From Leucoraja erinacea (Eukaryota), in assembly GCF_028641065.1 (NCBI RefSeq), contig NC_073379.1, positions 58,962,001 to 59,026,000 of the forward strand: 64,000 nucleotides of DNA, read 5' to 3'. Under the pieces are notes generated by a model. It did not search any database. It was not told where the DNA came from and saw only the letters and a program-made list of their open reading frames with translations. The position numbers and the translations under genes were made by a program. Shown piece by piece: positions 11,175 to 23,759 of this stretch; within the stretch, counting starts at the first letter, position 1, and every line of letters starts with the position of its first letter.

Positions 11175-12360
11175 CATCTGTAGTTGGCAAGTTACTAAAG
11201 TATTCTGAGGGATAGGATAAACAGGCATTTAGACAGACAAGAGCTGATTAGGGATAGTTTTTTAAAGACGTAACCAAAAGGGTTGATAAGGGCAGAGCTG
11301 TAGATGTATAAATAGACTTCAGCAAAGCATTAAACAAGGTTCTGCATGGTATGCTGCTCTGGAAGGTTAGATCCAAGGAGAGAGCTGAATGGATAGAAAA
11401 TTGGCTTCATGGAAGGAAGCTAAGGGTGATGGTGGAAGGTTGTTTCTCGGACTGGAGGCCTGTGACTACTGGTGTGCCTCGGTGTTCAGTGCTGGGCCCG
11501 TTACTGTTTGTCATCTATATCAATGATTTAGATGAGAACGTGCATGGCAAGATTAACAAGTTTACAGATGATACAAAAGTGGGTGGTTTTGCAGATAATT
11601 AAGATTTTTGTGAAAAATTGCAGCAGGATCTTAATCGACTGGCCATGCGGTCTGAGGAATGGTTGATGGAATTTAATGCAGAGAAATGGGAGGTGTTGTA
11701 TTTTGCAAAGTTTAACATGGGCAGAACCTACACAGTGTATAGCAGGGCTCTGGGTAGTGTTGTAGAGCAGATGGATCTAGGAGAGAAGGTGCATGATTCC
11801 TTGAAGATGGAGTGGTAGGTAGATCGGGTGATTAAAAAGGCTTTTGGCACAATGACCTTCATCAGTCAAGATGTTGTCAAGCTGGAAAGGGTACAGCGAA
11901 AATGTACGAGGATGTTGCCAAGACTGGAGGGTCTGAGCTATAGGGAGAGTTTGAGAAAGCTGGGACTTGGTGTGCAGGAGGATGAAGGGTGATTTTATAG
12001 AGGTGTATAAGATCATGGGAAAATTAGATCAGGCAGATGCACAGAGTCTATTGCCCAGAGTAGGTGGATCAAGGACCAGAGGACATACTGTAGGGGGGGA
12101 AGGGAATCTGAGGGGTAACCTTTTCACACAAAGGGTGGAGGGTGTATGGAACAAGCTCCCAGATGAGGTAGTTGAGGCAGGGAATATCCCAACATTTAAG
12201 AGACAGTTACACAGGTACATGGATAGCATAGGACAGGTTTGGGGGGATGTGGGCCAAATGCAGGCAGGTGAGACTAGTGTCATTGGGACATGTTGGCAGG
12301 TGTGGGCAAGGTAGACTTAAGAGCCTGTTTCCATGCTGTATCACTCTATGACTCCATGAC
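11175..12360 (+). mobile_element. CR1 ORF2 RT region and 3' end, with stops and deletions
   Basis: ORFs 11351-11602 (GVPRCSVLGPLLFVIYINDLD...KFTDDTK), 11618-11818 and 11967-12314. Tail ctatgactc. Confidence 0.9.
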
Positions 12361-12361
12361 T

Positions 12362-12637
12362 CTTAGAACTAGCAGACATAGGTTTACGATGAGAGGGGAA
12401 AGATTTAATAGGAGGGCCATGTTTTCAATAATTGGTGATGGGTATATGGAACGAACTGCCAGAGGATGTAGAAAGATATTATAATGACATTTAAGAGACA
12501 TGTGGATTGGTACTTTGAAATGAAAGGTTTAGAAGGATATTGGACAAATGCTGGTAAATGGGGATAGCTTAGATGGGGCATCTTGGTCAGCATGAATGAG
12601 TTGGACTGAATGGCCTCATTCCCTGCTCTCTGACTCT
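12362..12637 (+). mobile_element. Second CR1 3' end
   Basis: aactagcagacataggttta...tatatggaacgaactgccagagg...ctctgactcta. Confidence 0.7.
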
Positions 12638-13322
12638 ACAAGATACAAGATACATTTATATGTCACATGTGCCAATTGGTACAGTGAAATGTGTTGTCAC
12701 CATACAGCCATACGAATAATAAAGATCACAGAACATGATAAACTTTAACACAGACATCCCCACACAGCGGAATCAAAATTTCCCACTGTGGGGGAAGGCT
12801 CCAAAATTCAGTCATCCTCCTCCGTTGCCCTCCGTTGTTCACCCGTGGTCGAGAGGCTCCGGAACCCGTCGCATTCGCCGCCACGGGCATCCCCATGTTC
12901 AGGCCCTCACGCCGGGATGATGGACTCCGACGTCGGAACGGGAGAACCACCTCAAAGGCTTGGACATCCGAATCGGCCACTTCCTACCGGAGTCCGCGGC
13001 TCCCAAAGTAGACAGGCTCTGCAGTGAATCCAGTGCTGCGCCGCCGCCGCTGAAGCTTGGTCCTGTCCCCGGCAGGAAAGGCCACGCCAATTCAGTTGGT
13101 AGGCCGCGAGGGGGAGGGGGGTCGAGGACGTGACTCGGAGAATAGTCACGTCCTCGCCAGGAAGTGACTGGGAAACAGTTTCCACCTTACCCTACCCCTC
13201 CCCCACATAGAAAAACTAAATAATCCTCCAAATTACACTTATAAAACTAAAAATAAAAAAAAAGATTGAAAAGCAGACATAGTGTAGGCAGAGGCTGCCA
13301 TCAATGTGGCGCCCCTAGTGGA
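12638..13322 (-). mobile_element. Non-autonomous retroposon with Rex1-like tail and conserved hairpin (copy E)
   Basis: Minus strand has a GC-rich body, a hairpin at 12758-12794, the tail atttcactgtaccaattggcacatgtgacatataaa and (tatcttg)n. Confidence 0.65.
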
Positions 13323-13399
13323 GTACTGTTTAATCTATAATCGATTATTCAATACATCAATTTTTTTCAAGATGTTGAGTATTGTTTGTAGAATTTCAG

Positions 13400-13662
13400 A
13401 TAACGAATACTGATTTTGTTCCTTGCCTGCTCCCACCAGTCATCCCAGGTTCCTTGTCCTTTTAAGTTCACATTTTTTCATTCACCCCTTCCTTGCTCCC
13501 ACCAACAGGCTCCATCTACCCCTCATCCCCCTCCTCATCAGGTTCATCCATCACCAACCAGGTTCTGTTCCACACTGCTTCCACATTTTTACCACCTGGC
13601 ATCCTTTGCTCTCCATCCCCTCAATTCTGATGAAGGTTCTCAACAGGAAACGTTGACACAAG
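13400..13662 (+). mobile_element. Penelope-like pLTR remnant with hammerhead-like core
   Basis: Pyrimidine-rich segment followed by CTGATGA(13627-13633)aggttctcaacag-GAAA-cgtt-gac. Confidence 0.55.
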
Positions 13663-14357
13663 ATCTTCAGTAAAATTAACGTGCATTGATTACTGATATT
13701 TTTAATTTGCCAGTGTAACACACCATGTTGAAACAACAAGTTCCAGTTTAAAAAAATATTTACGCACTAACTTTTTAAATATTAATGTCCAAATTAAATG
13801 TTTTAGTCCAGTGTCCTTGTTATTTTCAACGTTCGTGTTGAATTCCTATTTTAAATGCAGAGCTGATGTCTTAGTATGCAGCACCTGATCTCTTCACTAA
13901 TTCAGCTCTGCCACCTGGAACAGGTCACCAGCAATGAAGCTCGACTGTTTTGGCTTTACATTGGCAGCTGAAGTCTGAACAGTGCTTCATAATTCAACAC
14001 ACATAATAAAATCAGAGCACCTTAATACAGATTTAAACAGCCCTGAATCTTCCTGAGCATCCAGCTATTCAGTTAGTAGGCAAACCCATTATTATACGGG
14101 GATCTTGGCTAACAATAACATTTTACCTTAATCAATGAGATTTCATGATAAAGGGAAAAAAGAGTGTTGCAGAAAGAAGTAGGGTGGCTTTCATTAAAAA
14201 TAAGTTGCAGGAAAAACAAAAGGATAGAGAAAGAAATATTTGGAGAGGCAAAAGAAATAAATAAAAAAAATATTGTTTTTCTTTTGAATTCTACCAATCT
14301 CAAAGACCAATATTTGACTGGTAGGCACGAGAAAACAATGTTTCAATTGGTGCTTAA

Positions 14358-14604
14358 AGGGCCTGTCCCACTTTCACAACCTAATTCACGACCTCTGCCG
14401 AGTTTGCCCTTGACTCATACTCACAGGATGGTCGGCACAAGGTCGTAGGAGGTCGTAGGAGGTCGTAGGTAGGTCGTAGCAAGCTATGATGCTAGTCGTA
14501 GGTACTCGTGGCATCAAACAGGTCGGGGCGTTTTTCTAGCATGATGAAAAATGTCCATGAGTAAAAAAGGTTGTGAATTAGGTTGTGAAAGTGGGACAGG
14601 CCCT
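14358..14604. mobile_element. PIF/Harbinger (Tourist-like) MITE
   Basis: 32-bp TIR AGGGCCTGTCCCACTTTCACAACCTAATTCAC. TAA TSD at 14355-14357 and 14605-14607. Confidence 0.9.
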
Positions 14605-14699
14605 TAACTAAGCTGGAGAGATCTAATAGGAAAAAAAAAATTGACATTTGGAAATGTTGTCACTGGATCAAAATCTTGGTGGTCTCTCCTCGATTACAC

Positions 14700-14965
14700 T
14701 GCAGAATGTCATCACCAGATGGACAGTAGCAGTTCAATTATAGGTGGGCATCAAAGGATGCCTCATCAGGGTGCATTCTCAGCATCTTTCTATATTGTCT
14801 GTGCACTCATGACTGGTCCACCGTACTGCTCCAACTGCATGTACAATTTTGCAGATAACACCACTGTAGTGGGCCAGATCACGACCAACAACAGGATGCA
14901 GTACAGGAAGGAGATAGAGAGCTTTGTCACATGGTGAAAAACATCAACCTCTCACTCAGTGGCAG
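14700..14965 (+). mobile_element. Rex1/Babar RT fragment
   Basis: YNFADNTTVVGQITTNNRMQYRKEIESFVTW aligns with KFADDTTVVGLISKGDEAAYREEVLKLTTW of the intact element. Confidence 0.75.
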
Positions 14966-15024
14966 CAAGGACAACGAGTTTTTCTAGTTTATTATTATTA
15001 TTGTCACATGTACTAAAGTACAAT

Positions 15025-15320
15025 GCTCCATTTGGCCCACCAAGCCCAGGTTAACCAACAATCACCCATTCACACTAGTTCTATGCTATCCCACTTTTGA
15101 ATCCACTCCCGACACATTAGAGACAATTTACGGATGCCATTTAACCGACAAGTCACGTGTCTTTCGGATGTGGAAGGAAACCACAGAAACCGGCACCCGG
15201 AGGAAACCCACACTGTCACAGGGAGAATTTGCAAACTCTACACAGACAACATTCGATGTCAGTATCAAACCAGAATCTTTGGCACTGTGAGACCAACTGC
15301 GCCATTGAGCTGCCCTGACA
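15025..15320 (-). mobile_element. tRNA-derived SINE (HE1/V-SINE-like)
   Basis: Reverse-complement homology to the SINE at 31358-31670. Confidence 0.75.
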
Positions 15321-15987
15321 CTTACACTCAGTGCTTCAACCAATGAAGGCAAACAGATCATATGCTTTCTTAACATTGGAGCATAGCATGGAACATAAAT
15401 ACCATCAAACGGCTCCTTTGGCTTTATACATTGCAAATAACTTGAAGTAGGGGGCAAATTGTATTTTCACGTTCTTTTATTCAGTGGTCTTTGCTCTTGC
15501 TTACTGGCCTTTTCATCCAACTCTTCAATTTTTTTCTTTAAAGAAAAAAGCACCATTAAACTCCCCGTTCTGTGCTGCAAAAACTTCCATGAAAAAAAAC
15601 CCCCTAATATATTCCATTATTCCCTGAGTTGCAAAACAGTGATGGGTTAACCTTGCCATCAGTGGAAGGGCGTAATTGAATTAGTTACGAGAAAAGATTA
15701 TTAAGTAACAAATGATTGGGCAGATTAGAAGAGAAAGAAGACACCCAATTGAATAAAAGGAAGGAGGTAAAGTCACTATCACTAAAATCTGTAACTAAAT
15801 TGTAATAGGATAACAAACAAACAAATATCCACTCATCGAAGCTCTTGAAAGGCTTCACCTGCATTGGTGCCTGCCTGCCTGAGTGTTAAAATATCTGAAA
15901 CGATCGCTTTGTTGATTTTCAGTGAATTAAATAATATCAGTAGAAAATATTCTGGAAAGGTGTTTGGGCCAGGTATAGAGATACATT

Positions 15988-16196
15988 GTAGAAACAAGGA
16001 ACTGCAGATGGTGGTTAATGCACAAGACACAACGTGCTGGAGTAACTCAGCAGGTCAGGCAGCATCTCTGGTGAACAAAAATAGGTGATGTCTCGGGTCG
16101 AGACCCTTCTTCAAGTCTTGACCTAAAACGTTACCTAGACATGTTCTCCAGAGATGCTGCCTGACCTGCTGAGTTACTCCAACACTTTGTGTCCTT
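15988..16196. mobile_element. Palindromic Penelope-derived terminal element
   Basis: 16026-16193 is a long imperfect palindrome centred on the gaagaagggtctcgacccg hammerhead-like motif. Confidence 0.7.
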
Positions 16197-16239
16197 TAGA
16201 GATACACTGTTGCATGAGATCTAGTTAGGATCTCGTTAG

Positions 16240-18168
16240 GACGAAGGGCTTAATTAGGAAAGGAAAAATGGATTATGAAAGAAAACTAGCAGGGAACATA
16301 AAAACTGACTGCAAAAGTTTTTATAGATATGTGAAAAGAAAGAGATTAGTTAAAACAAATGTAGGTCCCTTGCAGTCAGAAACAGGTGAGTTGATCATGG
16401 GGAACCAGGATATGGCGGACCAATTGAATAACTACTTTGGTTCCGTCTTCACTAAGGAAGACATAAATGATCTGCCGGAAATAGCAGGGGCCCGCGGGTC
16501 AAAGGAGGTGGAGGAATTGAGTGAAATCCAGGTTAGTCGGGAAGTGGTGTTGGGTAAATTGAATGGATTAAAGGCCGATAAATCCCCAGGGCTAGATAGG
16601 CTGCATCCCAGAGTACTTAAGGAAGTAGCTCCTGAAATAGTGGATGCATTAGTAATAATCTTTCAAAACTCTTTAGATTCTGGAGTAGTTCCAGAGGATT
16701 GGCGGGTAGCAAACGTAACCCCACTTTTTAAGAAGGGAGGGAGAGAGAAAACGGGGAATTACAGACCAGTTAGTCTAACATCAGTAGTGGGGAAACTGCT
16801 AGAGTCAGTTATTAAAGATGGGATAGCAGCACATTTGGAAAGTGGTGAAATCATTGGACAAAGTCAGCATGGATTTACGAAAGGTAAATCATGTCTGACG
16901 AATCTTATAGAATTTTTCGAGGATGTAACTAGTAGCGTGGATAGGGAAGAACCAGTGGATGTGGTGTATCTGGACTTCCAGAAGGCTTTCGACAAGGTCC
17001 CACATAAGAGATTAGTATACAAACTTAAAGCACATGGCATTGGGGGTTCAGTATTAATGTGGATAGAGAACTGGCTGGCAAACAGGAAGCAAAGAGTAGG
17101 AGTAAACGGGTCCTTTTCACAATGGCAGGCAGTGACTAGTGGGGTACCGCAAGGCTCAGTACTGGGACCCCAGCTATTTACAATATATATTAATGATCTG
17201 GATGAGGGAATTGAAGGCAATATCTCAAAGTTTGCGGATGACACTAAGCTGGGGGGCAGTGTTAGGTGTGAGGAGGATGCTAGGAGACTGCAAGGTGACT
17301 TGGATAGGCTGGGTGAGTGGGCAAATGTTTGGCAGATGCAGTATAATGTGGATAAATGTGAGGTTATCCATTTTGGTGGCAAAAACGGGAAAGCAGATTA
17401 TTATCTAAATGGTGGCCGATTGGGAAAGGGGGAGATACAGCGAGACCTGGGTGTCATGGTACACCAGTCATTGAAGGTAGGCATGCAGGTGCAGCAGGCA
17501 GTAAAGAAAGCAAATGGTATGTTGGCTTTCATAGCAAGAGGATTTGAGTATAGGAGCAGGGAGGTTCTACTGCAGTTGTACAGGGTCTTGGTGAGACCAC
17601 ACCTGGAGTATTGCGTACAGTTTTGGTCTCCAAATCTGAGGAAGGACATTATTGCCATAGAGGGAGTGCAGAGAAGGTTCACCAGACTGATTCCTGGGAT
17701 GTCAGGACTGTCTTATGAAGAAAGACTGGATAGACTTGGTTTATACTCTCTAGAATTTAGGAGATTGAGAGGGGATCTTATAGAAACTTACAAAATTCTT
17801 GAGGGGTTGGACAGGCTAGATGCAGGAAGATTGTTCCCGATGTTGGGGAAGTCCAGGACAAGGGGTCACAGCTTAAGGATAAGGGGGAAATCCTTTAGAA
17901 CCGAGATGAGGAGAACGTTTTTCACACAGAGAGTGGTGAATCTCTGGAACTCTCTGCCACAGAGGGTAGTTGAGGCCAGTTCATTGGCTATATTTAAGAG
18001 GGAGTTAGATGTGGCCCTTGTGGCCAAGGGGATCAGAGGGTATGGAGAGAAGGCAGGTACGGGATACTGAGTTGGATGATCAGCCATGATCATATTGAAT
18101 GGCGGTGCAGGCTCGAAGGGCCGAATGGCCTACTCCTGCACCTAATTTCTATGTTTCTATGTTTCTAT
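16240..18168 (+). mobile_element. Young 5'-truncated CR1 LINE
   Basis: Intact RT ORF, CR1 3'UTR and (tttctatg)3 tail. Confidence 0.95.
16268..18070 (+). CDS. CR1 ORF2 C-terminal 600 aa (reverse transcriptase; endonuclease missing)
   Basis: [30 protein letters not shown] and KFADDTK motifs with no stops. Confidence 0.9.
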   Translation: MDYERKLAGNIKTDCKSFYRYVKRKRLVKTNVGPLQSETGELIMGNQDMADQLNNYFGSVFTKEDINDLPEIAGARGSKEVEELSEIQVSREVVLGKLNGLKADKSPGLDRLHPRVLKEVAPEIVDALVIIFQNSLDSGVVPEDWRVANVTPLFKKGGREKTGNYRPVSLTSVVGKLLESVIKDGIAAHLESGEIIGQSQHGFTKGKSCLTNLIEFFEDVTSSVDREEPVDVVYLDFQKAFDKVPHKRLVYKLKAHGIGGSVLMWIENWLANRKQRVGVNGSFSQWQAVTSGVPQGSVLGPQLFTIYINDLDEGIEGNISKFADDTKLGGSVRCEEDARRLQGDLDRLGEWANVWQMQYNVDKCEVIHFGGKNGKADYYLNGGRLGKGEIQRDLGVMVHQSLKVGMQVQQAVKKANGMLAFIARGFEYRSREVLLQLYRVLVRPHLEYCVQFWSPNLRKDIIAIEGVQRRFTRLIPGMSGLSYEERLDRLGLYSLEFRRLRGDLIETYKILEGLDRLDAGRLFPMLGKSRTRGHSLRIRGKSFRTEMRRTFFTQRVVNLWNSLPQRVVEASSLAIFKRELDVALVAKGIRGYGEKAGTGY

Positions 18169-19584
18169 GATGCCTGAGACTGATTGGAAGTTGAGCCAAG
18201 GACCTTGCACATCAATGCTTTTCATGGCTCCACAGACATCTTATGTATGTAATGATCATAAACGTCAATCAGTTTGTTTCTACCACAAGAAATGGAATGT
18301 AAAACCAGTCAGATATTTGAAATGAGTGTAGTAACAATTGAGTTTGGGGAAAAAAATTATATTTGGCTGGTGGCCATTGCTGCAGCTGCAGTGAACACTT
18401 CCGAATCTTGTTACTCTGCTCCTCGCAATCAGTTTTCTGTGAGTGGATCTAAAATGAGCATTGGGCCTTTTATAAGCATAATCAGTTTTCAACTTCAATT
18501 TTTAAGGGCTCATTGAAAAGTCCAATTTCAAATCGAGCATTCTTAGAACACAGAGCATTGGTTCCCAAAACTGCTTTTTTCCTTATCTTGCTGGCTCAGT
18601 TTCTACCTGTTACATTTCCATAGATTTCTTCCTCTGCATGAAACAGAGATGAGATTTGTGTGAAGGAGAAGACCTTGTCGTGAATACATATCAAAGCCGT
18701 CACTACCCATTAATTATTTAATTCCAGACCACTTTTATTGTTCCTAAAGACTATTCTGTGCTGAGAGAGTGACTGGGGACCCACTCCTGGACCTTACTGA
18801 TGCTACTTAGTAATCATCAACCAGCTAATGCAGGGGAGACTGACAGATGTCTAAACAGTTTAATTTTCTCTACAGAACATGCTTCAGAAGATTCAGCTGT
18901 GACGGAGACCATGGAGCAGAGATTGTGGCTCAGTCTGGCTTATTTTCAAACACAAGTATTGCTCTAAACGATGGAAAGTGTGTAAATATATATCTGCTTA
19001 TTTCAGTTCTGAGCCTTGAATAAACCTCTGCTAGCCATATAGGGCTTAAGAAAGCCAACTTTAAGCTAAGCAGACTGGTGTAATTTATCAAACTAATACA
19101 TTTATGTAAAGTTGGTTCTTCCTGCACCTGACGTTACTTTATACACTGAAGGGCGATATAGGGTGAGATGTAAAACCAGCCCTGCCGGTTTTCCATTCAG
19201 GTAGAAATTAATATCCATCTCCAACACATTTTGGAAAATGTAGAAAAAAATTACAGCATTTACATGTGATGTGGAAAATTTATTTGGCCACAATATTTAT
19301 TGGGAACTGGAGAAGGTGTGTGGAGAGGCAGAGGACTTTGGTAATGTAAGGATTGGGGAGGTCCTCCTTACTGAGCATCAAGGGTTCAGTAGCAGAATGG
19401 ACCTCTGGCTGCTGTCTGATGGCTGGGCCATGTCGCAGTTTTGACCCGTAATAAGACTGAAAGAGTTGAATGATTAACCATCAGCGGTTGGTTGATTTGA
19501 CTTGCACAAGTGGAGAGCACCTCAATCAAGTTACAACTCCAATGATCATTGTAATACAGCGGATATTTATACAGAAAAGTAAGC

Positions 19585-19960
19585 AATAGACAAAAGACAA
19601 TAGACAAATGTGCAGGAGTAAGCCATTCGGTTCTTCGAGCCAGAACCACCATTCACTGTGATTATGGCTGATCATCCACAATCAGTACCCCGTTCCTGCC
19701 TTCTCCCCATATCGCTTGACTCTGCTATCTTTAAGAGCTCTATCCAACTCTCTTGAAAGCATCCAGAGAATCGGCTCCAACTGTCTTTTGAGGCAGAGAA
19801 TTCCACAGATTCACAACTCTCCGGGTGAAAAAGTATTTCCTCACCTTGTTCTAAATGGCCTACCCCTTATCATAAACTGTGGCCCCTGGACCTGGGTTCC
19901 CCCAACATTGGGAACATGTTTCCTGCATCTAGCATGTCCAATCCCTTAATAATATTATAT
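19585..19960 (-). mobile_element. CR1 3' end
   Basis: Minus-strand IIKGLDMLDAGNMFPMLGEPRSRGHSL plus 3'UTR and (caataga)n tail. Confidence 0.85.
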
Positions 19961-22409
19961 GCATGTAAAGCTGAACACAACAGAAATATTTTGGTAATGT
20001 TTTGCGATAAAGATCTTATGATTGAATTGAACTTGAGACTCAAGATGACTAATGACAGCTGCACGCTTACTGCTGAAGGTAATAAATGTAAAGCTTTTGT
20101 ATCAAGTATCCCAGCAAGCACTTTGGCAATTGTCATGTTACTTTCTACATCCACCAGCAGCCACCACTCCACAGATTGAAGCTGACTTCCATTGGATTAG
20201 AGGGACATAAATGGCAGGATTGCAGTCAGTGCTAGAGGTAGTTGATGGTCTCCTTGGAGACTTTGGGAATGCATTCCTGCTCTTCCTTACCCATAATGGA
20301 TGCCAAGGTAATTGAGAATATGCACTTATCTTTTGGATTCTGCTGTCCCTCTTCAGTTTTACTGCTCATTTCCTCTACACTGAGTCAACCAGGCAGTGCG
20401 AGTTAAAACTCCAAGCACTGCACTATCTCAGCCCAATTAAAATATGTTGTTAAATCTCTCCTCGGCAGGAAGCCTGAACATCCAGATATTTAACATAATA
20501 AAACTGCAGGTGTGTTGGGCTAGAGGTCGGATTTCTGCTTCCCTTGGCATTATTGCAGCGGGTTAATGTCAAGGACGTAATGTTGCTGGGTGTAATGAGA
20601 TTGCTATTGTGAATATGATATGACGTTCTTGTTGGATGTTGAAGATGCAGTGCTCCCTGTGAACCCACTCCCTCACTAAATTACAGTCGACAGGAGCCAC
20701 TAAAATACCCATGAGTCATGTATAAGAAGAGAGAAAGAGATTGAAAATGTGAAAATGGAATGGTCTGTCTGCATCAATTGAGCTGGGGACAGATATCTGG
20801 GGACTGTGAGAGTGCAGCTACAGCCTTGGGGTAATCAGAGGTAACGTATGCTGACAGCAAACCGTGCAACAATTGCAAGGATGAGGGAAACGGTAAAGGC
20901 ATGTAAGCCAACTTAAGAGCCTTGGGATACTGAGAGCAAAACTGCCTTGGGACTTCACTATGAAACTGATTTGAAAAGGAAAACAGTCTATAAAGGTGTG
21001 ACACCATGTCAGAGCAATTCTGAACTGTGTTTAGGTTTGTAGCTGAGCACACTGGGGAGACCTGAGGTTTCTGTTTTTCTTTATGTTTTGAAAAATAAAT
21101 AAAAACGTTCAATCCATGGATTAATTTGTAAATTCTTAATCAGAATTGAATACTTGTATTTATTGTAATTTGTTTGCTGCATAAATAACAAGATGATTGC
21201 ACACTGGAAATGGATTTATAAACCCAATAAATTGGTACTGGTGTTTATCTTGTTTATGAGCATAGACCTAATCACACGTGCTCCATCTACTTTAATATCC
21301 GTTTGCTCACATCTAAAAATGATAACACAGATTTAAAAAATCCAAAATAAAAACAAAAAAACCCCAGAAATACTCAGCAGGTAAGGCAGCATTGGTGATG
21401 AGAGAGAGTTAATATTTCACTTGCATTCCTTTCATTCCCACTCCTCTTCAAGCAATAATCCAGCCCGCTCCTAAATTATCCTACGTGCTGCATCAGTCAC
21501 TACCTCTGGCTATGCGCACAGGACTCCCATGGTGACTATTGCACTAAAATAAATCTTGCCTTATTTTTCAAATATATCACTTCTGATCTTATACTTGTGA
21601 TCACTTGTGTTAGATCTCATCAATTAGTGAAGTGGTCTTGTTTCTGTTCGCAAGAATTGTGGCACCTCGGGGGAGCAGGAGCCAAAGTTGGTGGTGTTTC
21701 AGATCCCTATTAGAGAACTCAGGAGTACTCTGCTCCTTCTGACCCAAAAGCATCCCTTAAAACTTAATTGGATCTCTTGTGGCCTCTATGCTTTCTGCCT
21801 CATCCTGCACCAGCAGGCTGAAGATCACGCAATAAGTAATGTGGTCAATGTTTAAATTGTTGTGCAAAGTCAAGTGACAATGGAGCCCTGTAGTGCCATT
21901 TAACTGAGCCCCTGATTCAACACGGCTGATGATCCCATCCATGTATACAAAGGATAAGGGTGAAATTCAGAACCCTTCTGGCATTTTGCTGTTTGGGACC
22001 ACTCCCACCTACTAAGGAGTTTGAACTCTGGCTTTCTGTTCTCTTTCTTCCACTGTTTATTTTAAATTCAAAAGTCAATGAAACATTGCTCATGTGGAAG
22101 TGTTACCAGTTGCTTTCGGTGGCACCAGTGTGAGCAATGGTTTGCTGTGTCCCTGCATGCGCAATACCCTGGTTATTTTACTGTGATAGTTTGTCTTTTG
22201 CCAAACTATCACAGCAAAATGCCCACACACTGTTTCCTTACTGGTTCTCACCAGCAAACATTAAGCGCATCTCTATTAGCCCCAAGATAGAAACACACAC
22301 AAGGAAAATAAGAAGCAAACAACCCGAGGGAGGGAAGAGGAAATATAAACTGGAGAGAGGAAGAACACACATTGGCCTGTGACCTGTAGTTTTGTGTAAT
22401 GTTCAGAAA

Positions 22410-23010
22410 GATTCTCAAATGACTCTTACAAATTCTACAGATGCACCGCTCAAAGCATATTCTTGAGTTGCATCACAGCTTGGGTTGGGAACAGCTCTGC
22501 CCAAGACCACAACAAATTGCAGAATGTGGTGGATGTAGCCCAGTCCATCACACAGACAAGACTCCCCACCATCGAATCCATATGCACTTCTCACTGCCTC
22601 GGCAAATCAGCCAACATAATCAAGGACCCTTCCCACCCTGTCAATCCTCTCCTTCCTGTACCCAGTGGGCATAAGATGCAGACGCATGGAAGCATGGACC
22701 GCAAGAATCAGGAACACAATCTTCCCTACTGTTATCAGACTCTGAACAGACTTTCCATTAGCTTGGATACTGTCCAATTCTCCAACCTGTCTCATTGTGA
22801 ACATTGGACATTTTCACTGGAACTGTTGGGCTGTGATGCTGAGAACTATATTCTGCACTCGGTATATTTCTCTTCACACCGCCTTTCTCTTCACACCGCC
22901 TTTACTACTTGAGTTTGGCTTGATTACATGAATGTGTAATATTATTAGATTTGATAATTTGAATGAATGTTTTTCACTGTATCTTGGTACACGTGATAAT
23001 AATAAACCTA
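22410..23010 (+). mobile_element. Rex1/Babar 3' fragment
   Basis: ORF 22463-22912 (SCITAWVGNSSAQDHNKLQNVV...IIKDPSHP). Tail tttcactgtatcttggtacacgtgataataataaa. Confidence 0.85.
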
Positions 23011-23029
23011 AATCTATACAGTGGTGTTT

Positions 23030-23700
23030 TTAGATCAGATTAGATTAGATTAGATTCCTTTATTGTCATTTAGACCTTTCGGTCTGAACAAAATTATGTT
23101 GCCTGCAGTCATACACAGAACCAATAAAAACAAAACATACAATAAACACAAATTAAACATCCACCACAGTGAGTTCACCAAGCACATCCTCACTGTGATG
23201 GAGGCAAAGTCTTAGTCTCCGTCTCTTCCCTCCTTGTTCTCCCTCTGCGCTGAGGCGATCGATCCAGGCCGAAGATGCCGCCCTCCAGTCCAGCAGACCT
23301 CCATGGTGATGTCGCCGCCGCCAAAAGCCGGAACGCCGTCTCCGCTCCGAGACGGCCCGCCACAGCCTCAGCTCCAGGCCGCCGCCCCAGCTCCAGGTCC
23401 CGCAGTCTCTGCTCCGGGCCGCTGCCCCAGCTCCGGGTCCCGCAGTCTCCACTCCGGGCCACTGCCCCAGCTCCGGGTCCCGCAGTCTCCACTCCAGGTC
23501 CCGCAGTCTTCGCTCCAAGACGGCCCGCCACAGCATCAGCTCCAGGCTGCCGCCCCAGCTCCAGGTCGCCGCCCCAGCTCCAGGTCCCGCAGTCTCCGCT
23601 CCGGGCCGCTGCCCCAGCTCCGGGTCCCGCAGTCTCCGCTCCGGGTCCCACTGTCTCCGCTCCAGGCCGCCGCCGAAAGCCAGAACGCCGCACCAGCAAG
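23030..23700 (-). mobile_element. Non-autonomous retroposon with Rex1-like tail, hairpin and 36-bp minisatellite body (copy A)
   Basis: (tagat)n tail. 3' region homologous to 56910-57105. Hairpin at 23161-23201. Tandem units ccgctgccccagctccgggtcccgcagtctcc at about 23330-23670. Confidence 0.75.
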
Positions 23701-23759
23701 TCTGCTTTACAAATCCATGCAGCAATAATGCAGGCCCTTTGGCTCATCACATCCACGTT

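Noticed and set aside
18872-18970. Acceptor-like ttttctctacag followed by a short open frame
   Set aside because: No convincing donor and no recognisable peptide.
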